DNA from: Malacoraja senta | Taxonomy: Eukaryota | Assembly (NCBI GenBank): GCA_038087875.1 | Contig: CM075991.1 | Location: forward strand, 3,410,001 to 3,474,000 | Reading direction: 5' to 3' | DNA: 64,000 nucleotides | In this document: positions 1-11,199 of the stretch, piece by piece | Position numbering within the stretch: the stretch's first letter is position 1 | Layout: the number at the start of each line of letters is the position of its first letter | Notes under the pieces: model-generated | Told to the model about the DNA's origin: nothing | What the model saw: the letters and a program-made list of their open reading frames with translations, nothing else | Databases searched by the model: none | Program-made: the position numbers and the translations under genes

Positions 1-250
1 TTTTCTCACAGAGAGTGGTGAGTCTGTGGAATTCTCTGCCCCAGAGGGCGGTGGAGGCAGGTTCTCTGGATGCTTTCAAGAGAGAGCTAGATAGGGCTCT
101 TAAAAATAGCGGAGCCAGGGGATATGGGGAGAAGGCAGGAACGGGTACAGATTGGGGATGATCAGCCATGATCACATTGAATGGCGGTGCTGGCTCAAAG
201 GGCCAAATGGCCTACTCCTGCACCTATTGTCTATTGTCTATTGTCTATTG
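1..250 (+). mobile_element. CR1 LINE 3' end fragment with (CTATTGT)n tail
   Basis: Encodes FSQRVVSLWNSLP...GYGEKAGTG like the CR1 at 34989-36383, then the 3'UTR stem GGGCCAAATGGCCT and a tandem CTATTGT terminus. Confidence 0.9.
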
Positions 251-340
251 TTCTCTTTGATCTTATTTGATTGTGCACGCCAGGTTGATTGCATTCGTCG
301 AAACAGGGCGGACCACGTGAAGTTTGCAATCTCCCACCCC
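251..340 (-). mobile_element. 3'-truncated copy of HDV-like ribozyme-headed short retroposon (family A)
   Basis: Near-identical to ~936-1025. The ribozyme part spans 287-340; the 3' part is replaced by the adjacent CR1 end. Confidence 0.85.
287..340 (-). ncRNA. Minimal HDV-like ribozyme, with one P3 mismatch
   Basis: GGGGUGG GA GAUUGCA AAC UUCACGU GGU CCGCCCU GU UUCGA CGAA UGCAAUC: 7-bp P1 with G1-U wobble, 7-bp P2, canonical CGAA J4/2. Confidence 0.8.
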
Positions 341-565
341 ACTGCAGATGCTGGTTTACACCGAAGATAGACACAGCATTTTGCAGTAACTCAGCGGGTC
401 AGGCAACGGCCCTGGAGAAAAGGAATAGGTGACGTTTTGGGTCGAGACCCTTCTTCAGACGTCACCCTGTCTGAGGAAGGGTCATGACCCAAAACATCAC
501 CTATTCCTTTTCTCCAGGGATGCTGCCAGACCCTCTGAGTTACTCCAGCATTTAGTGTCTGTCTT
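341..565. repeat. Palindromic pair of Penelope pseudo-LTRs carrying minimal hammerhead motifs
   Basis: Inverted arms centred near 460-470. Each arm matches the pLTR flanking the GIY-YIG fragment at 43158-43968. Confidence 0.8.
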
Positions 566-883
566 GGGATAGGTTCTAGCGCCTATGAAGCCTTCGTTAA
601 TGTCCTAATACCTGATGCATTCTTATTATCTCCATTTGCTCACCAGCTCAAGTCAAGTTTATTGTCACTTGCACAAGAAGGGTGAGGTACATTGAAAACT
701 ATTGGCACATAGAATCAGCATAGACCTGGTCAGCACACTTGATACAAGATGGCACAGTGGTGCAGTGGTAGAGTTGCTGCCTCACAGTGTTACAGGCCTG
801 GCTGCTGTCTGTATGGAGTTTGTATATTCTCCCTGTGACCGTGTGGGTTTTCTCCTGGTGCTCCAGTTTCATCTGAATGTACT

Positions 884-1025
884 TCTTCTTCTTCTTGTGT
901 ATGGCGTGCACAGCCTAAAGTTGTCGGACAACTTGTTCTATTTGATCTTATTTGATTGTGCACGCCAGGTTGATTGCATTGGTTGAAACAGGGCGGACCA
1001 CGTGAAGGTTGCAATCTCCCACCCC
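884..1025 (-). mobile_element. Full-length HDV-like ribozyme-headed short retroposon (family A), 142 bp
   Basis: TSD ATCTGAATGTACT at 871-883 and 1026-1038, (AAG)n tail, and a 5' end at ribozyme G1. Confidence 0.9.
972..1025 (-). ncRNA. Minimal HDV-like ribozyme
   Basis: GGGGUGG GA GAUUGCA ACC UUCACGU GGU CCGCCCU GU UUCAA CCAA UGCAAUC: P1, P2 and P3 all pair; CPEB3-type L3 and J1/4. Confidence 0.85.
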
Positions 1026-1120
1026 ATCTGAATGTACTGAATGCAGTGCTTAGAATGCAGAAGGGCGCTATGTACACGTTTATCATCAGTTTAAACCCAT
1101 TTACCTGCATCTGTAGCCTT

Positions 1121-1790
1121 TATAATAATAATAATAATCATCATTTTATTTACTGGCACCTTTCTAAAACCCAAGGACACCTTACAAATGCATAGAATCA
1201 CAACAAAACAAAAAAAACACATAATCGGAATAAATTAAATAAAAAAACACCACAGTACACAAATCAAGGACAGAATTCAATTTCAAAGCACCAAAAGAAA
1301 ATAAGAAACACAATTTGAGGAGAGAGCAGCGGCGACCAATTCGCGCCAGCGTCCACTCTCCCCTCGACCGCCATCTTGTACACGGACTGACAGGCACAGG
1401 CACAGGCACAGGCACAGCACACAAAATCATCCCCCCACAATGACCACCACTGTGGGGGAAGGCACAATGTCCAGTCCCCAACCCAGTTCTCCCCAGAGTC
1501 AGGCCCAATTGCCTCCACAGTTGCCTCTACGGAGGCCCGACGTTCCTGGCCGTCGGGAGAGGTCCTCGGAGCGGCTGGAACGGCCGGTTTCCCGACGGAG
1601 TCGATGGCACCTGAAGCCGACAGGGCCGCGCTGATTTGGAGCCACGAGGCTCCCGATGTTGGAGTCGGCGCCGCCGCCCGCAGCTGGTCTTGGAGTACTT
1701 GACTCAATGCTTTATAAACATCATTCGTATTTGCCTCCATCATCTCTTCAGGTCGGACGTTTCCAGACTTCAACTACCTGAGCTTAACCT
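1121..1790 (-). mobile_element. Non-LTR element 3' fragment with (TTA)n tail and GC-rich body, L2-type end
   Basis: (TAA)n run followed by TTTATTTACTGGCACCTTTC...GGACACCTTACA, resembling the L2 3' end at ~25035-25100; the inner boundary is uncertain. Confidence 0.5.
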
Positions 1791-1809
1791 AGCATCATGT
1801 TCAGTTTAT

Positions 1810-2195
1810 TTTAGTTTAGTTCAGTTTAGAGATACAGCACGGAAACATGCCCTTCAGCCCACCCAGACCGCACCGACCAGCGATCTCCGCACATTAACAC
1901 TATCCTACACACTCTAGGGACAATTTACACTTATACCAAGCCAATGAACCTGCAAACCTGTACATCTTTGGAGTGCGGGAGGAAACCGAAGATCTCAGAG
2001 AAAACCCACGAGTAGAATGTACAAACAACCGTACAGACAGCACCCGTAGCCTGAATTGAATCCGGGTTTTCTTGCCGCTTTGAGCACTAGACTGCAAGGC
2101 AGTAACTCTACTAGGTATGTTACAATACTTACCTTGTACATCGGTGGAGCTGCATACTAAATCTCGTTGCACTGACGTGCAATGACAATAAAAGA

Positions 2196-2229
<34 letters not shown>

Positions 2230-3245
2230 CGGCGCTGCAGTTCTGCCACTGGCTGTGTGCACGACTTTGGCACCTTTGGGATTAAAATGCCGTTTTCTTC
2301 TGCCTGTCCGAGATATATTTTCTCGGGCTGCTAGCTGATGCAGAAAAATTGTTCCGACTTCTGTTCTCGGAAGTTAAAAAAAAATATCGCGGGACAATTT
2401 AATCGCTGGATTAAAAATCTACTTCTAACGCCCTCAAGGCCGACAACAGGACGGATCTCGCGTAGGAGACAAAACACGGGGTAAGTTGTGTATTTTACAT
2501 ATAAACTTGCTTCTTAGGATGACTTTAATCCAAATTTCATTGGCGAAAATGTGATTTTGGCCCCATACGAACCGGCAGTGTTTTTCCTGCCGATATGGGG
2601 TTCAAATTCACCGCATCCGCAACGTTCCAATCGATCGCGTTCAACAAAAACCCACTCGCAAGATGATTTAAATGGCCATTAATTTACGGGAATTAAACAT
2701 TATATTCCTTCCATTTGGCCTATAAATTCATGACAATGAGATTTAAAAATTGTTATTTTGTGAATTCTTGTGTGAATGTTATTTGGACACTTAGGCTATT
2801 TAAAAATGTTAACCTTTTCTTAAGAAATGGATAGATGTCTAGATCTAGTAATTGAATTTTGTAATTAGCTACAATTAGGTAACTAACTAATTATATGCTT
2901 TAATTTCAGGTCATCCAAGTAAGATTGTTTCATATTTGTTTCAGAATGCTTAAATCTATAATAACAGAAAATTTCATTCAGTTCTCATAATTTTTAAGAA
3001 AGTTATGGGCTTTTGACTGTCCTCGATCACAGCCTTTGAGTTAAGTCAATGGAAAAGCAATAGGGAACAAGATGCTTATTTTAGAGTATGAAAATGGCCA
3101 TAACTTTTTTTAATACTGAAGATATGAAGGTGAATTAGGTGTCAAAATAAACATCTTTTTATGCTTTATCTGATGGGATAAATTGCAGACTTGATTTTTT
3201 AAATCTCAAAATTTTGTAACATTGCTAACTCTACCGCTGCGCCAT
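1810..3245 (-). mobile_element. HE1-like tRNA-derived SINE interrupted by the TIR element at 2112-3227
   Basis: (CTAAA)n-like tail, conserved body, and the head ...AACTCTAC|CGCTGCGCCA split by the insertion. Confidence 0.8.
2112..3227. mobile_element. Non-autonomous TIR DNA element with 7-bp TSD, superfamily unclear (copy 1)
   Basis: Ends TAGGTATGTTACAA / TTGTAACATTGCTA; TSD ACTCTAC at 2105-2111 and 3228-3234; contains a ~90 bp retroposon tail at ~2135-2225. Confidence 0.85.
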
Positions 3246-3496
3246 CATTGTGGGCCGAAGGGCCTATTCCTGTGCTGTTCTATTCTATGTTCTAGGTTTT
3301 ACCTGAGATTCTTGTGTCTATTATTTAGTGTATAGAGTATAGATTCTTGTGTCTATTATTTAGTGTATATAGTGTATAGAACCAAGCCCTTCAGCCCTAC
3401 ATACTGACCATTGTTCATCTACACAGTAGTTCCAACCACCTGGCTTTCTGGCTGAAAGCGTTTCCTAATTTCTACAGCCTAATGCATGTGAATAAA

Positions 3497-4024
3497 GGCC
3501 CTGTCCCACTTGGGCGACCTAATCCGCGAGTTCTGGCGAGTTTGCCCTCGACTCATGCTCGCAGCATGGTCGACACGAGGTCGTAGGAGGTCTTCGTAAC
3601 TCTCCTTCATGCTCGAGAGTGGTCTCCGCGTACTCGAGGCCTCAGCTGTTAAAAAATGCCCGCGAGTAAAAAAAGGTCGCCATGGAAAAAATTGATACTT
3701 TTTTTACTCGTAGGTTTAGTCGTAGTAGGTCGGCATGTTGGTCGTAGGTAATCGAGGGTAGCCAAAGGTAGTCAAATGTAGTCGTAGATAGTCTTCATCA
3801 TAGTCGAAGGGAGGTCAAAGGAGATCGAAGGAGGTCGTCTTCACTCTCCACCATTCGGTGTCCGAAGTTAGTCATAGCTAGTCGAAGCTAGTCTTCAACA
3901 TAGTCGAAGGAGGTCGAAGGAGGTTGAAGGAGGTCTTCTACATAGTCGAAGGAGGTCTTCAACGTGTCATTTTTTCAAACTCTTCTAAACTCGCCAATTA
4001 GGTCGCCCAAGTGGGACAGCCCCT
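3497..4024. mobile_element. PIF/Harbinger-like MITE
   Basis: TIR (AG)GCCCTGTCCCACTTGGGCGACCTAAT, flanked by TAA and TTA; internal GGTCGTAG/GGTCGAAG repeats. Confidence 0.8.
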
Positions 4025-4729
4025 TTAGATAATCTCATCTGGAATGCTATGGGCCAGTTGGAAAGGTTTTGGTGCGATTTTATTCTTCCATTTACTTGGG
4101 CCTGGTTGCAGGAGTCTCGTGGGCCAGAGACCTATGATCCACAGCTTGAACGGATATTCCTTTTCAGGGAAATGGCTGTGACGTAAAGAGAAACAGATGG
4201 GTCTATGAAAGAGTGAGTTATGCAATGCGGACAGAACAGGCTGTTAAGGGAGGAGATGGATCATTAAATGTGCAACCTGGTAATGACCCGGCTCCATACA
4301 CTCAGATAATTTTAATCCCATAAACCTGTGCTAGCCAGCTAAGAGATGTGTATTTAACATGTAAGTGCTGATACTGTAATTCACACCATTACTAAAGGCC
4401 TCTGGGCAGCAGCACTATTACTTTGGAGCACAATTTATCCACAACTAACTCCCAACATTCTAACATTACTGTTTAATTTAAACTATTTTCGGTAAACCTG
4501 CTATCTAATCTCTATTATATATTTCTATCAGCGCCACAGACTAGCACTGGTTGCTCAATGCAATTTCACTGGGGAACGTTGGCAATTAAATTAGATACTA
4601 GTGTGTAATTCACAGCACAAAATTACCTGCCACCCATTTACTGCAATGATCAATTTGTACTGCCTGCCGGTTTTAACACCTTCTGCCTGCAGGCCATATC
4701 TTAACACTCATCGAGTAACACAGCACATA

Positions 4730-6350
4730 CAGTGGATTGCAAAAGTATTCATACCCCTTGAACTTTTCCACATTTTGTCACGTTACAACCACAAACGTAA
4801 ATGTATTTTATTGGGATTTTATGTGATAGACCAACACAAAGTGGCGCATAATTGTGAAGGGGTGGAAGGTAAATTATACATGGTTTTCAAATATTTCTAC
4901 AAATAAAAAACTGAAAAGTGTTGCGTGCAAAAGTATTCAGCCCCCCTGAGTCAATACTTTGTAGAACCACCTTTCGCTGCAATTACAGCTGCAAGTCTTT
5001 TGGGGTATGTCTCTACCAGCTTTGCACATCTAGAGACTGAAATTTTTGCCCATTCTTCTTTGCAAAATAGCTCAAACTCAGTCAGATTGGATGGAGAGCA
5101 TCTGTGAACAGCAATTTTCAAGTCTTGCCAGAGATTCTCAATTGGATTTAGGTCTGGACTTTGATTGGGCCATTCTAACACATGAATATGCTTTGATCTA
5201 AACCATTCCATTGTAGCTCTGGCTGTATGTTTAGGGGTCGTTGTCCTGCTGGAAGGTGAACCTCCGCCCCAGTCTCAAGTCTTTTGCAGACTCTAACAGG
5301 TTTTCTTACAAGATTGCCCTGTATTTGGCTCCATCCATCTTCCCATCAACTCTGACCAGCTTCCCTGTCCCTGCTGAAGAAAAGCATCCCCACAGCATGA
5401 TGCTGCCACCACCATGTTTCACAGTGGGGATGGTGTGTTCAGGGTGATGTGCAGTGTTAGGTTTCCGCCACAGATAGCGTTTTGCATTTAGGCCAAAAAC
5501 CTCAATTTTGGTCTCATCTTACCAGAGCACCTTCCTCCACATGTTTGCTGTGTCCCCCACATGGCTTGTGGCAAACTGCAAACGGGAATTCTTATGGCTT
5601 TTTTTCAACAATGGCTTTCTTCTTGCCACTCTTCCATAAAGGCCCGATTTGTGGAGTGCACGACTAATAGTTGTCCTGTGGACAGATTCTCCCACCTGAG
5701 CTGTGGATCTCTGCTGCTCCTCCAGAGTTACCATGGGCCTCTTGGCTGCTTCTCTGATCAATGCTCTCTTTGCCCGGCCTGTCAGTTTAGGTGGACGGCC
5801 ATGTCTTGGTAGGTTTGCAGTTGTGCCATACTCTTTCCATTTTCGGATGATGGATTGAACAGTGCTCCGTGAGATGTTCAAAGCTTGGGATATTTGTTTA
5901 TAACCTAACCCTGCTTTAAACTTCTCCACAACTTTATCCCTGACCTGTCTGGTGTGTTCCTTGGGCTTCATGATGCTGTTTGTTCACTATTGTTCTCTAA
6001 CAAACCTGTGAGGCCTTCACAGAACAGCTGTATTTATACTGAGATTAGATTACACACAAGTGGACTCTATTTACTAATTAGGTGACTTCTGAAGGCAATT
6101 GGTTGCACTGGATTTTATTTAGGGGTATCAGAGTAAAGGGGGCTGAATACGTTTGCACACGACACTTTTCAGTTTTTTATTTGTAAACTAATTTGAAAAC
6201 CATGTGTCATTTTCCTTCCACTTCACAATTATGCGCCACTTTGTGTTGGTCTATCACATAAAATCCCAATAAAATACATTTACGTTTGTGGTTGTAACGT
6301 GACAAAATGTGGAAAAGTTCAAGGGGTATGAATACTTTTGCAAGCCACTG
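4730..6350 (-). mobile_element. Full-length Tc1-like (IR/DR type) transposon
   Basis: TA TSD; ~215 bp TIRs starting CAGTGG(A/C)TTGCAAAAGTATTCATACCCC with an internal direct repeat TGCAAAAGTATTCAGCCCC; 1621 bp. Confidence 0.95.
4951..5971 (-). pseudogene. Tc1 DD34E transposase, disrupted
   Basis: Paired-like HTH with GRPPKL, VLW*DETK (premature stop at ~5519), [16 protein letters not shown]-terminal KGGSTKY; frameshift near 5235. Confidence 0.93.
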
Positions 6351-6629
6351 TAAATGAGCCCTGGCTCACAATGCTCATGCCTGTCTTTATACCCATCCAA
6401 ACTAATTGTACTTGCCTGAATTAGGACTCTATCATTCTATCTAAATGTCTCCTAAACATAGTAAAAGTGTCGGACTCCACTAAAGGTGGACGCGAAAAGC
6501 TGGAGTAACTCAGCGGGTCAGGCAGCATCTCTGGAGAAAAGGAATAGGTGGCGTTTCGGGTCGAGACCCTTCTTCCAACTCCACCACCTCCTCTGGCAGA
6601 GAGACCCAGACATCAACCATGCTCGTGTG

Positions 6630-6910
6630 TAAAAAAACGTACCTCGCAAGAGATCTGGGTTCAATCTTGACCTCGGGTGCTGTCCGTGCGGCGTTTGCAT
6701 GTTTTCCCTGTGATTGCGTGGGTTTCCTCCGGGTGTTCCGGTTTCCCTCTACATTCCAAAAATGTGCGGGTTTATAGCTTAATTGGCCTCTGTAAATTGT
6801 CCCTAGTGTATAGGATGTGGATGGGAAAGTGGGATAAAATAGAACTAGTGTGAAGAATAGTCGGCATGGACACAGTGGACCAAAGGCCCTGTTTCCGTGT
6901 TGCATCTTTC
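6630..6910 (+). mobile_element. HE1-like tRNA SINE, 5' truncated
   Basis: B-box GGTTCAATCT, conserved core GGGTTTCCTCCGGGTGTTCCGGTTTCC, CR1-like tail. Confidence 0.8.
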
Positions 6911-7414
6911 CATTAAGTAGTCCCCTTTAAATCTCTGTCCTCTCATCTTAATCCTGTGGACTCTTGTATTTTATCTACTGACCATGGGAATCCGATTCTA
7001 ACCACCTACCCTATTTATGCCTTTTATAATTTGATACACCTCCGACAGAACACCACTCAGCCTCTTTTGCTCCAAAGAAAACAAACACTATCTTATCTCT
7101 CCCCATGTGTAAAGTCGTCATATCCAGGAATCTCTGTTGCACTCTCTATAGTACCACCAGGTAATTTCCCGAACTGCACACAAGACTCCACACATATTTA
7201 CGCACATATACACACACAAAAACCACAATAATAGTGCAAAAAGACAAAGCCAATGCCCCCAAGTCTATGCAGTTCAGAGCTTATTTGGAGGTTGTAGTGT
7301 TTAATAGCCTAACGGCTGTAGAGAAGAAGCTGTTCCTGAACCTGGATGTTACAGTTTTCAGGCTCCTGATGGTGCGAGTGCAATGAGTGTGTGGACAGGG
7401 AGGTGCATGCATTA

Positions 7415-8460
7415 ATCCAAAGGTAACCTAACCAAAGTCCTGTAAAACTGCATCATGGCTTCCTGAATTTTATATTCAAAGCCCCGACCTATAAAAGCAA
7501 ACATATCATCTGCCCTCTTCACCACTCTATCTATTGTTGCCACTTTCAGGGAGCTATGGGCTTGGTCTCCAAGATCTCCCTGTGCATTAATGTTCAAGGG
7601 TCTTGCCCTTAACAGTATGCTTTCCCCTTATATGTAACCTCCCAAAGTGCAATACTCCGCATATATTCAGATTAAACTCCATCTGCCATTCCTTTGCCCA
7701 TTTCTGTAGCAGATCTAGTTTAGTTTGGTTTAGTTTAGAGATACAGCGTGGAAACAGGCCCTTCAACCCACCGAGTAAGCACCGACCAGCGATCCACGCA
7801 CATTAACACTCCCTACACATACTAGGGACAATTTTCACTTATACCAAGCCAATTAGCCTACGAACCTGTACGTCTTTGGAGTGTGGGAGGAAATCGAAGA
7901 TCTCAGAGAAAACCCACGCGGCCACGGGGAGAAGGTACAAACTCCGTACAGACAGCACCCGTAGTCGGGATCGAACCCGGGTCTCTGGTGCTGCAAGCAC
8001 TGTAAGGCAGTAACTCTACCGCTGCGCCTGTGATTTACATCCCAGTGTGTACTTAACAGCCTTCCTCACTGTTCGCACCCCAGCGATCGTGGATGCCATC
8101 TGCAACCTTACTAAGCAATCCATCCACATTTACGTCCAAGTCATTTGTAAGTCTGCACAACCCAGAGTGCATTTTCTTACCCCAGGAGTAGATGGGCAGA
8201 GTCTTCTAGCAAGAGTAGTGGAATCAAGAACCAGAGGACACACTGTAGGTTTAAGAGGGGAGGGGAAAGATTTAATGGGAATCTGAGGGGCAACTTGTTC
8301 ACAGAATTAGCATTTGGACAGGTGATGGATGGGAAAGGTTCAGAGGGATATGGGGCAAATGCGGGTTGGTGGGACTCGTGTAGATGGGGCAGCTTGGTCG
8401 GCATGGACAAAATGGCTATAATGTCCCATTTCCATGGTGTATGACTATGACTATGATTCT
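7415..8460. mobile_element. Cluster of CR1 fragments (7415-7715 minus, 8180-8460 plus) and an HE1-like SINE (7720-8030 minus)
   Basis: MFAFIGRGFEYK...YRTLVR peptide; SINE B-box GGTTCGATCC on the minus strand. Confidence 0.8.
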
Positions 8461-8987
8461 ATGAGAATTAATGACCGAAGTTGTTCCACCATTGGCAAAC
8501 AGCCATGCATAACCAACCACATAATCAGCAAAGTGCTGGCAATACCTTGTACTGTTTCGGCCAAGTGAAGCTAACCTGCTTTACAATGGTCCTAACAAGT
8601 AATGAGCACGTGGGAACATAATTCAAAGGCATCGGCTATGAATCTTTGTAATTCTCCACCTCAGTAAACCGTACATGCTGTATCGCTGAAGATATTCAAG
8701 GCTGATATTGCATTTACAGGGAGTCAGGGTATGCAGGCGGAGAGATGAACAGAGAACATCTGAAGGGCAGCGCAGGGCCGAAGGTCCTGAAGGGCCGTGG
8801 AGTGCTGCCATACCCTGGCAGGTGGCAGGCCTGGCATGCCCGCCATGGAACCAGGGAACCCGCCTCGTGCAAAGCCCGTCTCCTGCTCGTCCCCAAGGAC
8901 CAGGAACCCCGAAGAGGAGGGTGGAGGAAGTCAGCGATGGCAGCAGACGTGGACAAAGGGCCAGTAAGAAGGAGGTGAGAGCTCTAA

Positions 8988-9203
8988 AGGGCCTGTCCCA
9001 CTTTCACGACCTAACTCAGACCTTTTTTACTCGTGGACATTTTTCATCATGCTAGAAAAAACGCACCGACCTACTTGATGCCACGAGTACCTACGACTAG
9101 CATCACGGCCTCCTACGACCTACCTACGACCTCGTGACGACCATGCTGCGAGTATGAGTCAAGGGAAAACTCGGCAGAGGTCGTGAAAGTGGGACAGGCC
9201 CTT
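8988..9203. mobile_element. Short PIF/Harbinger-like MITE
   Basis: TIR AGGGCCTGTCCCACTTTCACGACC, flanked by TAA and TTA. Confidence 0.8.
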
Positions 9204-9544
9204 TACCTTCCGCGCCCTCAAGGTCGGCTGCGGGAGGCACGAAAGGCGGACGGCAACCGCGCGAGGAGAGGGACGACAGTTCGCGGGACGATCCGGACGG
9301 ATGCAACGAACAGGCCTTTATGGCCAGCTGTAGCTGCGACTTTAAAAATGGCGCCAAAACCTGGCGACTCTTGTATATGGTCTCAGTGGGATGTTTCCGT
9401 GCATCCTCTACTTAACCAGGGACTGTACTTATACATGGCAATAATCTTACTGATCTCTATGCAAAAAGGAAAATTCACTGTACCTTGGTGCACACGCTCA
9501 TAAAAGAACTATTGTACTGTTGTACCATTAACATTAGCAAATTA

Positions 9545-9948
9545 TAGGAGTAGAATTAGGCCATTCGGCCCATCGAGTCTACTCCGCCATTCAATCATGG
9601 CTGATCTCAGCATCCAAATCCCATTTTCGGGCCTTCTCCCCATAACCCTTGACACCCGCTCTAATCAAGAATTTGTCTATCTCTGCCTTAAAAATATCCA
9701 CTGACTTGGCCTCCACAGCCCTCTGTGGCGATGAGTTCCACAGATTAACTGCCCCCAGACTAAAGATGTTCCTCCGCGCCTCCTTTCTAAAAGAGCGCCC
9801 TTTAAATCTGAGGTTGTGACATCTGGTCCTAGACTCTCCCACCAGTGGAAACATCCTTTCCACATCCACTCTATCTATGTCTTTCATTATTCTGTAAGTT
9901 TCAATGAGGTCCCCCCTCAACCTTCTAAACTCCAGCGAGTAGAGGCCT
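9545..9948 (-). mobile_element. CR1 3' fragment
   Basis: ORF 9591-9920 RGDLIETYRIMK...NLWNS matches the CR1 ORF2 C-terminus. Confidence 0.9.
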
Positions 9949-10149
9949 ATATAGAATATCCCTTATAGAATATCAGAGCAAGTTCAAGGAGCCACCCCAC
10001 GTATATCTGAAGTCTCCTCTCATGGTCTTATGCATGTTAACAACAGTGAATGACTTCACCACAGAATTGGCTATTTTGAACAGCACTTGACTGAAAATCA
10101 GGAGTGGCAAGTGGTCGAGATTTCACAAAATATACTTCCGAGTCATGCA

Positions 10150-10490
10150 AGACACAAAATGCTGGAGTCACTCAGCGGGACTGGCTGCCTCTCTGGATAG
10201 AAGGAATGGATGACGTTTCAGGTCGAGTCCCTTCTTCAGACTGAGAGTTAGGGAAGAGGGAAACGAGAGATATAGACGGTGATAGAGATATTGAACAGAT
10301 GAATGAAAGATATGCAAAAAAGTAACAATGATAGAGGAAATAGGCTGTGAGCTAGGTGAAAATTAGTTACAGACAATGAGACTCAACAAGACAACTTTGA
10401 AGCAAATATATCACGACTTGGGTTGGGGTGGGACGGAGAGAGAGGGGATGCAAGTGTTACTTGAAGTTAGAGAAATCAATACTCATATCG
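10150..10490 (-). mobile_element. Penelope-like 3' fragment with pLTR
   Basis: Hammerhead-like core at ~10212-10240 and a 3'UTR homologous to 18650-18980 and 40050-40430. Confidence 0.7.
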
Positions 10491-11199
10491 AGATAAGGAA
10501 GGGGAGAGGGAGTCACAGAGATAAAGCAGGCTAAGGTGTGCATCTGAGTTCCTTCCTACACATCCAAGTCATGCAAGTTGAATCCAAATAAAACACTTTG
10601 GCACACATACAACCCGCTAATACATGACTTAGCTCACAAAAGCTTTTCTTATATCAGTACATGATACTGGCGCTCGTTACTTTAATGGCGATTTCCTGAA
10701 ATAGCAGGGGAAAAAAGGTTTTTGAAATAAGCGTTGCAGGACCTTGCAGTTTCAGGCAGGTTGCTGTATTGTTTTGACTTCTTATGCAATAAATGTTTGG
10801 CTTTGGAAGCGTTTGGGCTGTGATCAGAACTGCGCTTCCTCTCACACTGCCACGACGTGCCGACATGTACATAATTTATTTGCATAATGGTGTTTTAAAT
10901 TATATGCTTCATGCCATGGCATCTTGCAGCGGCCTATCCCGTTAGATTTTGTTTGCAGTGTTGCTGTGATTTATGCTCGAGTTTCCACACAGGTGGGAAG
11001 ATTTCATCTTTGCGCATCTGAGTTCGGGCAGTGTGAAGAGATCCGTTGTGCAAAAAAAAAAATCACAGCTGTCATTCAGCAGATGGCAGATCGCAGGCTG
11101 AGACCTATTACCGAAACAGAGTCAAATACTTTCCAGCACATTGTGGCTAATTCTGTCCCAGGATTGTGAAGAAACAATCCTGGTTTTCATTGATTTCAG

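Noticed and set aside
1264..1773. 169-aa ORF
   Set aside because: Lies in a GC-rich repeat body with simple repeats; no recognisable domain
8640..9500. GC-rich ORFs as exons
   Set aside because: Ends in the same retroposon-type tail seen elsewhere and shares AAAATGGCG...TGGCGACTCTTG with 19150; likely a repeat
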